A stretch of DNA of 20,528 nucleotides, taken from positions 1 to 20,528 of IMG/VR virus record IMGVR_UViG_2778261537_000015. One strand, given 5' to 3'. A program made the translations under genes and the position numbers. Numbering within the stretch: position 1 is the first letter of the stretch; each line of letters opens with the position of its first letter. Positions 1 through 6,795 of the stretch are shown in pieces. This stretch comes from a virus. Its lineage: Duplodnaviria; Heunggongvirae; Uroviricota; Caudoviricetes. The notes under the pieces were generated by a model. It saw nothing but the letters and a program-made list of their open reading frames with translations, made no database searches and was not told the origin of the DNA.

Positions 1-1248
1 ATGGCACTGAATATTCCATTCAGAAATGCGTACTATCGTTTTGCATCCAGTTACTCATTTCTCTTTTTTATTTCCTGGTCGCTGTGGTGGTCGTTATACG
101 CTATTTGGCTGAAAGGACATCTAGGGTTGACAGGGACGGAATTAGGTACACTTTATTCGGTCAACCAGTTTACCAGCATTCTATTTATGATGTTCTACGG
201 CATCGTTCAGGATAAACTCGGTCTGAAGAAACCGCTCATCTGGTGTATGAGTTTCATCCTGGTCTTGACCGGACCGTTTATGATTTACGTTTATGAACCG
301 TTACTGCAAAGCAATTTTTCTGTAGGTCTAATTCTGGGGGCGCTCTTTTTTGGCCTGGGGTATCTGGCGGGATGCGGTTTGCTTGACAGCTTCACCGAAA
401 AAATGGCGCGAAATTTTCATTTCGAATATGGAACAGCGCGCGCCTGGGGATCTTTTGGCTATGCTATTGGCGCGTTCTTTGCCGGCATATTTTTTAGTAT
501 CAGTCCCCATATCAACTTCTGGTTGGTCTCGCTATTTGGCGCTGTATTTATGATGATCAACATGTGTTTTAAAGATAAGGATCACCAGTGCGTAGCGGCG
601 GATGCGGGAGGGGTAAAAAAAGAGGATTTTATCGCAGTTTTCAAGGATCGAAACTTCTGGGTTTTCGTCATATTTATTGTGGGGACGTGGTCTTTCTATA
701 ACATTTTTGATCAACAACTTTTTCCTGTCTTTTATGCAGGTTTATTCGAATCACACGATGTAGGAACGCGCCTGTATGGTTATCTCAACTCATTCCAGGT
801 GGTACTCGAAGCGCTATGCATGGCGATTATTCCTTTCTTTGTGAATCGGGTAGGGCCAAAAAATGCATTACTTATCGGTGTTGTGATTATGGCGTTGCGT
901 ATCCTTTCCTGCGCGCTGTTCGTTAACCCCTGGATTATTTCATTAGTGAAGCTGTTACATGCTATTGAGGTTCCACTTTGTGTCATATCCGTCTTCAAAT
1001 ACAGCGAGGCAAATTTTGATAAGCGCCTGTCGTCGACGATCTTTCTGATTGGTTTTCAAATTGCCAGTTCGCTTGGGATTGTGCTGCTTTCAACGCCGAC
1101 TGGGATACTCTTTGACCACGCAGGCTACCAGACAGTTTTCTTCGCAATTTCGGGTATTGTCTGCCTGATGTTGCTATTTGGCATTTTCTTCTTGAGTAAA
1201 AAACGCGAGCAAATAGTTATGGAAACGCCTGTACCTTCAGCAATATAG
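1..1248 (+). CDS. cscB: Sucrose:H+ symporter CscB (LacY/oligosaccharide:H+ symporter family, MFS), 415 aa, complete
   Basis: Full-length ORF starting at base 1 and ending at a TAG stop. The product is polytopic and hydrophobic, with about 12 TM segments. I recognise the N-terminus MALNIPFRNAYYRFASSYSF...SWSLWWSLYAIWLKG as CscB of csc+ E. coli. The csc locus is known to lie near argW/dsd. The name comes from recollection, not a search. Confidence 0.8.
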   Translation: MALNIPFRNAYYRFASSYSFLFFISWSLWWSLYAIWLKGHLGLTGTELGTLYSVNQFTSILFMMFYGIVQDKLGLKKPLIWCMSFILVLTGPFMIYVYEPLLQSNFSVGLILGALFFGLGYLAGCGLLDSFTEKMARNFHFEYGTARAWGSFGYAIGAFFAGIFFSISPHINFWLVSLFGAVFMMINMCFKDKDHQCVAADAGGVKKEDFIAVFKDRNFWVFVIFIVGTWSFYNIFDQQLFPVFYAGLFESHDVGTRLYGYLNSFQVVLEALCMAIIPFFVNRVGPKNALLIGVVIMALRILSCALFVNPWIISLVKLLHAIEVPLCVISVFKYSEANFDKRLSSTIFLIGFQIASSLGIVLLSTPTGILFDHAGYQTVFFAISGIVCLMLLFGIFFLSKKREQIVMETPVPSAI

Positions 1249-1256
1249 ACGTAAAC

Positions 1257-1300
1257 TTTTCCGGTTGTTGTCGATATCTCCCTATCCCTCAACCGGAAAA
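1257..1300 (+). terminator. Hairpin downstream of cscB (TTTTCCGGTTG-N22-CAACCGGAAAA), a possible weak or bidirectional terminator
   Basis: An 11-bp inverted repeat sits 9 nt after the cscB stop codon. The loop is long (22 nt) and there is no clean U-tract, so function is uncertain. Confidence 0.25.
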
Positions 1301-1688
1301 TAATAATACTAAAGTGCTTAGCCCTGCTAATAATCACCTAATCCAAACGCCTCATTCATGTTCTGGTACAGTCGCTCAAATGTACTTCAGATGCGCGGTT
1401 CGCTGATTTCCAGGACATTGTCGTCATTCAGCGACCTGTCCCGTGTATCACGGTCCTGCGAATTCATCAAGGAATGCATTGCGGAGTGAAGTATCGAGTC
1501 ACGCCATATTTCGCTATCAGGATTCTGTGTGATGGTTACATCGCCCGGCCCAGGGCTGTTTAGTCATCAGCGCTTTCTGACAGTGCTGAGATTTCAACCT
1601 GTTGCAGTAAAAATGAGTAGATATAAGGCAAGTGTGCTGCCAAACCTATCTTTTACGGGGTGAAGGTAGATTTCGTTTGAAGGGTATC

Positions 1689-1703
1689 TGGTGTCCCCTG
1701 CAG
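1689..1703. repeat. attR core: a displaced copy of the argW 3' end (15 bp)
   Basis: Exact 15-bp match to 19446..19460. The flanking bases differ on both sides. Confidence 0.8.
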
Positions 1704-1760
1704 ACATCTACTTGAGGCGGCAGGGGATTGATTGGAATGGTATTTTTTGGATGTGAAAAA

Positions 1761-1783
1761 TATTTTACCCGCTATTTTACCCA
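1761..1783. promoter_or_regulatory. Two direct repeats of TATTTTACCC, candidate integrase arm-type or RDF binding sites in attR
   Basis: TATTTTACCC occurs at 1761..1770 and 1774..1783. The same 8-mer, TTTTACCC/GGGTAAAA, occurs four times at the other end (19285..19329) upstream of the integrase. KplE1 att regions are known to carry multiple IntS arm sites and TorI sites. Confidence 0.45.
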
Positions 1784-1977
1784 TTGGCGCGGCTTAAGAG
1801 CTTATTTTTGAATTCACAATGGTCACGATATAACCATCTTGCTCGCCCGTGGATAACTTTGGCTTTAGGCAGGTCTCCGGACTTAATCCGGTCATAGATG
1901 AAGGTTTTACCGAAGCCAGTATCGGCCATGATGAATTTCAAATCAACCAGTGAATCAGGTTGTAGTTCGTGTTGCAT
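1777..1977 (-). CDS. torI: TorI/AlpA-family excisionase (recombination directionality factor), 66 aa
   Basis: I recognise the sequence MQHELQPDSLVDLKFIMADTGFGKTFIYDRIKSGDLPKAKVIHGRARWLYRDHCEFKN as the KplE1 prophage TorI (AlpA/winged-helix family, 66 aa). A GGAG RBS lies 9 nt upstream. The gene sits at the end of the element opposite the integrase, as in KplE1. Confidence 0.85.
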   Translation of the reverse strand: MQHELQPDSLVDLKFIMADTGFGKTFIYDRIKSGDLPKAKVIHGRARWLYRDHCEFKNKLLSRANG

Positions 1978-1996
1978 GAGTGCTATCTCCGAATAG

Positions 1997-2012
1997 GGAA
2001 TCGAACCTGCAA
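1997..2012. repeat. Second tRNA-derived fragment (GGAATCGAACCTGCAA), identical to the argW T-arm region at 19461..19476
   Basis: This is a 16-bp exact match to the segment of the tRNA immediately adjacent to the att core. It lies about 290 bp inside the element, with torI between it and the 15-bp core. A chance 16-mer match is very unlikely in 20 kb. Confidence 0.6.
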
Positions 2013-2022
2013 ATCAGGCAAT

Positions 2023-2046
2023 AAAAAACCGCCATCAGGCGTTTTT
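2023..2046. terminator. Rho-independent, bidirectional terminator (AAAAAACCGCC-ATCA-GGCGTTTTT)
   Basis: A GC stem (CGCC/GGCG) is flanked by an A-run and a T-run. It lies at the end of the minus-strand early-left operon. The stop codon of the small ORF at 2035..2202 falls in the loop. Confidence 0.6.
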
Positions 2047-2202
2047 GTGTTCTTTCAGTTCTTCAATTCGAATATTGGTTACGTCTGCATGTGCTATCTG
2101 CGCCCATATCATCCAGTGGTTATAGCAGTCGTTGATGTCCTCTGCTTCGATAACTCTGTTGAATGGTTCTCCATTCCATTCACCTGTGACTCGGAAGTGC
2201 AT
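2035..2202 (-). CDS. Small hypothetical protein, 55 aa, not in the ORF track (MHFRVTGEWNGEPFNRVIEAEDINDCYNHWMIWAQIAHADVTNIRIEELKEHKNA)
   Basis: ATG with a GGAG RBS 7 nt upstream, and a TGA stop inside the terminator loop. It sits in the same position as the small ypdJ-type ORF next to torI in KplE1, but similarity is not established. Confidence 0.35.
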   Translation of the reverse strand: MHFRVTGEWNGEPFNRVIEAEDINDCYNHWMIWAQIAHADVTNIRIEELKEHKNA

Positions 2203-2274
2203 TTATCATCTCCATAAAACAAAACTCGCCGTAGCGAGTTCAGATAAAAGAAATCCCCGCGAGTGCGAGGATTG

Positions 2275-2559
2275 TTATTCATTGCCGATATTTACCTTTA
2301 TCGCGAACACCTTTACCGGTTTATCGCCGAAGTGCAGATGTGTGATTGTCTTGATTTCATATCCGTCATACGGAACATCAATTCTGCGGCTGGAGTCGTC
2401 GCGCTTCGGATATCCCTTTGTGATAATCAGGCGGTCATACTCCCGGAACATAATTCGCTTATTCCAATAGTCATTACACAGGCGATACTCTTCCGTTTTC
2501 TCCCCGCGAATCATGGCATCGAAGTATTCACCTTTGACAGCAAGTTGCAGGTTAGCCAC
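2275..2559 (-). CDS. ASCH/PUA-like domain protein (94 aa), phage early-region protein
   Basis: GTG start with an AGGAGG RBS. The motif LAVKGEYFDAMIRGEKTEEYR resembles the ASCH-domain signature (K..E.R). The gene is translationally coupled to the upstream gene. Confidence 0.5.
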   Translation of the reverse strand: MANLQLAVKGEYFDAMIRGEKTEEYRLCNDYWNKRIMFREYDRLIITKGYPKRDDSSRRIDVPYDGYEIKTITHLHFGDKPVKVFAIKVNIGNE

Positions 2560-2836
2560 GACCTTCCTCCTTTGGCTTGTGAATTTGTATCGTCATGCCG
2601 CTTTGAGTGGTGACTACAACGACAGAACCAGGCTGAAGACTGTTAAGATTGAATGCTTCGTAAAACGAATCCAATGCCAGTGCTTTTTTATTCTTTCGGT
2701 TCAACCAACGCCATCCCCTGCTACAGGCTACACTGACAATCCACTGTCCACTCCTGTAAGCCATATAAAACCAGATGAGCAAAACCTGAAGGAAGGCCAT
2801 CCAGTCAATAATTGTATATTTTGCGAGGGAGTCCAT
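2552..2836 (-). CDS. Small membrane protein (94 aa): one N-terminal TM helix plus a soluble C-terminal domain
   Basis: ATG with a GGAGG RBS. There is a hydrophobic segment, IIDWMAFLQVLLIWFYMAY. The gene overlaps both neighbours. Confidence 0.5.
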   Translation of the reverse strand: MDSLAKYTIIDWMAFLQVLLIWFYMAYRSGQWIVSVACSRGWRWLNRKNKKALALDSFYEAFNLNSLQPGSVVVVTTQSGMTIQIHKPKEEGRG

Positions 2837-3555
2837 TACTTCACCTCCTGCGGCGGTTCTGGTAGCGGCATCCAGTGAGTTGCCTGCTCAATACCATTAC
2901 CCGGCTTAATCGTTGCTTCTCCTCGCCGGAATGTGCTTCCTGTATAGCGTGCGGAGCATATTAGCGGTTCAACCAGAGAGCTATCGAAATTCACCGAAAT
3001 AAGCACGTTCTGGTTCTTTTCAGGCATCCGCTCACTACAGCTTATCCAACCATCCGGAGTTGCCGGAGAGTTGCACGATGGCTCGTTCAACTTGCAAGTT
3101 TGGCTTACAGGTTCGGCTTCCAGTTCTGCTATGCGCTTTTCTGAGGCTTCAAGTAACGCCTGCTTATCGCGTAGCGCTTCTTCCAGTTCAGCAACATGGC
3201 ATTCACTATCAATAAGGTTGTTCTCTGCTGCTTCCAGCTCAACACGCAGCTTCCCTACCGTTAGTGCAATATCCTCGTTCTCCTGGTCGCGGCGTTTGAT
3301 GTATTGCTGGTTTCTTTCCCGTTCATCCAGCAGCGCCTGCACTACTTCAGGGTTGAAAGCTGCGATATAACGAGCGTTGTTCTCTGCATTTTTCTGTCCA
3401 TCAAAGCCGGTCCATTTGATAACGTCTTCACATCGTTTATCACCGGGCGTATGCACCGCATACGTACCAGTACCCGGCGAAATAAATGCGACCCATTCGC
3501 TTTGTGTTGCCTGTTTTGCTATCTCACGCAGTGCCTGATAGTCAATCTTGCTCAC
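2836..3555 (-). CDS. Ea22-like N-terminal region fused to a DUF551-like C-terminal domain (239 aa), lambdoid early-left region protein
   Basis: GTG start with a GGAGG RBS 7 nt upstream. The N-terminus, MSKIDYQALREIAKQATQSEWVAF..., is typical of ead/Ea22-like proteins. There is a central coiled coil of AELE repeats. The C-terminus, GWISCSERMPE...HWMPLPEPP, matches the DUF551 signature. Confidence 0.7.
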   Translation of the reverse strand: MSKIDYQALREIAKQATQSEWVAFISPGTGTYAVHTPGDKRCEDVIKWTGFDGQKNAENNARYIAAFNPEVVQALLDERERNQQYIKRRDQENEDIALTVGKLRVELEAAENNLIDSECHVAELEEALRDKQALLEASEKRIAELEAEPVSQTCKLNEPSCNSPATPDGWISCSERMPEKNQNVLISVNFDSSLVEPLICSARYTGSTFRRGEATIKPGNGIEQATHWMPLPEPPQEVK

Positions 3556-3724
3556 TGGTTGCCTCCTTTGCGAAGCTCTGCGGCGAACTCGTTAAGTGAT
3601 ATGTAGCAATATCCAAATGTTAACGAACCGCTCGACTGCATAACGGGGAGCAATGGCTTGTTGTTGAGCCAATAGAGTTGTGGCCTGACTGGTGCCGGCT
3701 GATTGCTGTATTGCAGGTAAGCCC

Positions 3725-4240
3725 ATGAATGATTTCACTGTCGATAATATTATCGATGTACTTGCTGGCTACATAGAACCTATCGCTGGTAAATGCCTGC
3801 AGGCTCAGGCTAACCGTGTACCAATGCCCAAAGATCAGTTCTGTATCCTGACCCCTTTGCGATTCACCAGACTATCCACGACGAGAGAGCTTAAGCAAGA
3901 TACCGGCTCTCCGGACACAAGCACCATGGGATATACGGAAGTTCGCCAGGCTGATATTCAGGTAGATATCTATGGTCAGGGGGCAGGGGATAGAGCTATT
4001 GCACTGGAAACAACATTCACCAGTGGATATGGCTACGACATCATCAAGGCTATTGATGCACGGCTTGCGCCGCTTTACTCATCTCCTGCCATTCAGGCGC
4101 CGATGATCAACGCCGAGAGTCAGTGGCAGGAGCGTTACACGTTAACTCTTTCCCTGCAAGCACACATCACCGTGTCGTTCCAGCAGGACTATTTCGACAA
4201 AGCAGAAATTTCAACTGAACAGGTGGATAACCGCCCATGA
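3725..4240 (+). CDS. Putative tail terminator or tail completion protein (Mu gp37-like), 171 aa
   Basis: It is the first gene of the plus-strand tail operon, and its stop overlaps the sheath start in an ATGA. The family assignment is tentative and comes from position in a Mu-like gene order. A GTG at 3692 is an alternative start. Confidence 0.45.
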   Translation: MNDFTVDNIIDVLAGYIEPIAGKCLQAQANRVPMPKDQFCILTPLRFTRLSTTRELKQDTGSPDTSTMGYTEVRQADIQVDIYGQGAGDRAIALETTFTSGYGYDIIKAIDARLAPLYSSPAIQAPMINAESQWQERYTLTLSLQAHITVSFQQDYFDKAEISTEQVDNRP

Positions 4241-5727
4241 GCACAATCCCTTTATCTGTAGATTTTAATATCACGCCCAATGTCGTTACGCCTGCCGGTT
4301 CTGCGGTTGATGCTAACGGCCTGATGTTGACCGATAACGAGCTTATCCCGGTTGGCGCGGTACAATCTTATTACTCCTCATCTGATGTATCAGCTTTGAT
4401 GGGGAGTGAATCGAAAGAATTCCTCGCAGCACAACAGTATTTTAACGGATACGAAAATTCATCAGTTATTCCTGGTGAACTACTGATGTATCGTATTGTT
4501 ACTTCACCAGTGGCTGGGCATCTTCTGTCCGGCAACCTGAAAGGTGTTACCCTAGCAACACTGAAAGCTATTCCAGCAGGAACAATCACCCTTTCCATTG
4601 ACGGTGAGTCGACTACCAGCACATCAATTGATTTGTCCACAGCCACAAGTTTTAGTGATATTGCGTCCAAGTTGCAGGTTGGAATTGGTGAAAGCAAGGT
4701 GGTGGTTGAATGGTTGCCAATCGCTAACCGATTCATCATTCGCTCTGCCACTACTGGCGCAGAGAGTGAAGTGTCTTATGCCTCTGCTGGCGCTCTGGCT
4801 GCCGGGTTATTACTGACGCAGGATTCCGCAGCGATTGTATCACCGGGTTCTGATGCGGTAACGCTGACAGATACGATGAATAACATCATCAACGGCAACC
4901 AGAACTGGATCCTGTTTAACTCGCTGGTCGAACTGACCGATGACCAGAAAACAGAATTGTGCGCATGGGCAAGCAGCAGTAAAAACCGGTTTGGATATGT
5001 TGTTCACGACACCACTTCAGCAGGAACGGTAGCCAATAATGCCAATTGCTTTGTGCAGAAAGTGGTTGTGGCAAATGGCTACGAGAACATTTTTCCGGTG
5101 TACGGAACATACCTGTATAGCGTTACAGCACTGGCATATGCTGCATCCGTGGATTTTGCACGCACCAATGGGCGTATCTCGTTCAAGTTCCGTGGATTTT
5201 CAGGGTTAGCACCCAACGTAAGCGATCTGGCGACCGCTAAGGCACTGAAGTCAAACGGTTACAACTTCTACGGCTCATACAGCCTGAACAAAACAATGGC
5301 GCAGTACGCATCTGATGGTGCCATTACTGGCAAGTTTGTATGGCTGGACAGTTTTATTAATCAGGTATGGATTAATGCCAATCTGGTTAGTGCTTTTGCC
5401 AACCTGTTCACCAATAACCAGTCTTACCCGTTCAATGAGACAGGATACGGCGCAGTTTCTGCTGCTGTTATTGATGTTTCTGAACAGGCTCTCAATTTCG
5501 GGGCTATTCAGCGTGGCGTGAAACTTGATAATGCGCAAACCAGAATTGTGAATAACACAGTTGGAAAAGATATCTCATCGACGCTGTATTCACAGGGCTG
5601 GTTCCTGTACATCCCGACACAGTCAGGCTCTGCACGCATTGAGCGAGATCTGAAAGGTGTCATTTTTTATTATGTCGATGGGCAACTTATTCAGTCCATC
5701 ACGATGTCCTCAACCGCGATTTTATAA
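4237..5727 (+). CDS. Contractile tail sheath protein (Mu gpL-like), 496 aa
   Basis: The size and position, immediately upstream of the tube gene, match a Mu-type sheath of about 495 aa. There is an ATGA overlap with the upstream gene. Confidence 0.8.
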   Translation: MSTIPLSVDFNITPNVVTPAGSAVDANGLMLTDNELIPVGAVQSYYSSSDVSALMGSESKEFLAAQQYFNGYENSSVIPGELLMYRIVTSPVAGHLLSGNLKGVTLATLKAIPAGTITLSIDGESTTSTSIDLSTATSFSDIASKLQVGIGESKVVVEWLPIANRFIIRSATTGAESEVSYASAGALAAGLLLTQDSAAIVSPGSDAVTLTDTMNNIINGNQNWILFNSLVELTDDQKTELCAWASSSKNRFGYVVHDTTSAGTVANNANCFVQKVVVANGYENIFPVYGTYLYSVTALAYAASVDFARTNGRISFKFRGFSGLAPNVSDLATAKALKSNGYNFYGSYSLNKTMAQYASDGAITGKFVWLDSFINQVWINANLVSAFANLFTNNQSYPFNETGYGAVSAAVIDVSEQALNFGAIQRGVKLDNAQTRIVNNTVGKDISSTLYSQGWFLYIPTQSGSARIERDLKGVIFYYVDGQLIQSITMSSTAIL

Positions 5728-5738
5728 GGGAATAAATC

Positions 5739-6173
5739 ATGCCTATCGATATTACCTCGGCAAACAGTAAGCTGCGAATCGTCGTACCCGCTTACTACCC
5801 TGGCGGTTTTGATGTTGACGACTACGCAGCTGATAACATGTTTGAAACTGGTGCGTTACAGAACAAAGAAGACATGATGTCAGCGGACGGTAAATACCAT
5901 GCTGGTTTTATCTTTAACCCGACAGAGTTCACCATCAACCTGATGCCCACATCCAATGCTGGCTCGCTGATTGATGACTGGTATGCAGCGGAGAGAACCG
6001 CAATTTCAGCGTTTCAGTGTAATGCGGTGCTTACAGTTCCGGCTCTCGGCGCGAAATGGAATTTTGTGAACGGGGTTCTTTATACATGGACTCCAACCCC
6101 TCCGGGTCGGCGCGTACTGCAACCACGCCCGGCAGTATTTCACTTTGAGTCTGTAACACGGAGCACTATCTGA
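5739..6173 (+). CDS. Tail tube protein (Mu gpM-like), 144 aa
   Basis: Position and size match a tube protein. A TGATG overlap couples it to the chaperone gene. Confidence 0.75.
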   Translation: MPIDITSANSKLRIVVPAYYPGGFDVDDYAADNMFETGALQNKEDMMSADGKYHAGFIFNPTEFTINLMPTSNAGSLIDDWYAAERTAISAFQCNAVLTVPALGAKWNFVNGVLYTWTPTPPGRRVLQPRPAVFHFESVTRSTI

Positions 6174-6580
6174 TGGCACGTAAAGAAATCCCCTTTATCG
6201 TGGAAGACGATAATCGCGACAATGGGAAAGAGTTCATTATCACAGAGATGTCGGCATGGGATGCCGACGAACTGGCACAGGATTTATTCCGCTCCATGGG
6301 GGAATCGGGATTCTCTGGTATTCCTGCTGATGTGATTGCCATGGGGTGTGCTGGCCTTGCCACCCTTGGTCTGAATGTTCTTTCTGCCGCATCGCCGGAA
6401 GTCGCCAGAAAACTTCGTGATCGCCTGATGTCAACTGTGCAAATTGTGATTACACACGAAGGCAGCAGACAGGTGCGAACCGTGAAGCCTGTCGACTTTG
6501 AAGAGCTATCAACCATTCGTCAGGTAATGGATAAGGTATTTAAAGTCAATTTTGATTTTTTAACGATCGCCGGAGAGTGA
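6173..6580 (+). CDS. Tail assembly chaperone, 135 aa (G-like; the upstream ORF of a frameshift pair)
   Basis: It lies between the tube and tape measure genes. A canonical slippery heptamer sits 6 codons before its stop. Confidence 0.7.
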   Translation: MARKEIPFIVEDDNRDNGKEFIITEMSAWDADELAQDLFRSMGESGFSGIPADVIAMGCAGLATLGLNVLSAASPEVARKLRDRLMSTVQIVITHEGSRQVRTVKPVDFEELSTIRQVMDKVFKVNFDFLTIAGE

Positions 6581-6795
6581 AGTACCCGTTCATGGAGGAG
6601 GAGACTCTTCCGGCAAAACTCGTTAGCCCCGTAAACGTCACACCATCAATGAACGCCATTATCTGTTCAGGAAAAGCCACTTATACCGATTTGCAGGAAA
6701 GGTTATCTGTTCGTGATATGTATAACCTTCTGGAAATTATCTCGGTGGAATCATTTAACAAGCGGGTCTGGAATAAACATCAGGAGCAGCGATGA
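6173..6795 (+). CDS. Predicted -1 frameshift fusion product of the chaperone pair (GT-like). It joins 6173..6562 to 6562..6795 in the -1 frame.
   Basis: The slippery sequence T_TTT_TTA lies at 6556..6562 in the zero frame of the upstream ORF. The -1 frame continues open for 72 codons and ends in an ATGA overlap with the tape measure start. This arrangement is conserved in contractile and siphophage tails. Confidence 0.5.
6556..6562 (+). other. Programmed -1 ribosomal frameshift slippery site (U_UUU_UUA)
   Basis: Read directly from the sequence: GAT TTT TTA ACG in the zero frame. Confidence 0.55.

Noticed and set aside
328..998. Minus- and plus-strand ORFs overlapping cscB
   Set aside because: cscB is a full-length conserved permease. 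The embedded ORFs have no support.
1689..2046. Idea that 1689..2046 is a separate miniature tandem element
   Set aside because: It has no integrase of its own. The core repeat at 1689 pairs cleanly with 19446..19460. It is kept as an open question in the findings, not called as a feature.
2132..2878. Three plus-strand ORFs (112, 116 and 121 aa) across 2132..2878
   Set aside because: They are antisense to the tightly coupled minus-strand early genes, which have strong RBSs. The plus-strand versions lack RBSs.
3071..3606. Two plus-strand ORFs (99 and 100 aa), Ser/Ala-rich and low-complexity
   Set aside because: They lie antisense to the coiled-coil region of the Ea22-like gene and show a GAG/GCT-repeat complement artefact. 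There is no RBS.
4371..4751. 126-aa minus-strand ORF within the sheath gene; also the 116-aa (6166..6516) and 64-aa (6240..6434) minus-strand ORFs within the chaperone gene
   Set aside because: They are antisense to coupled, conserved tail genes. There are no translation signals.
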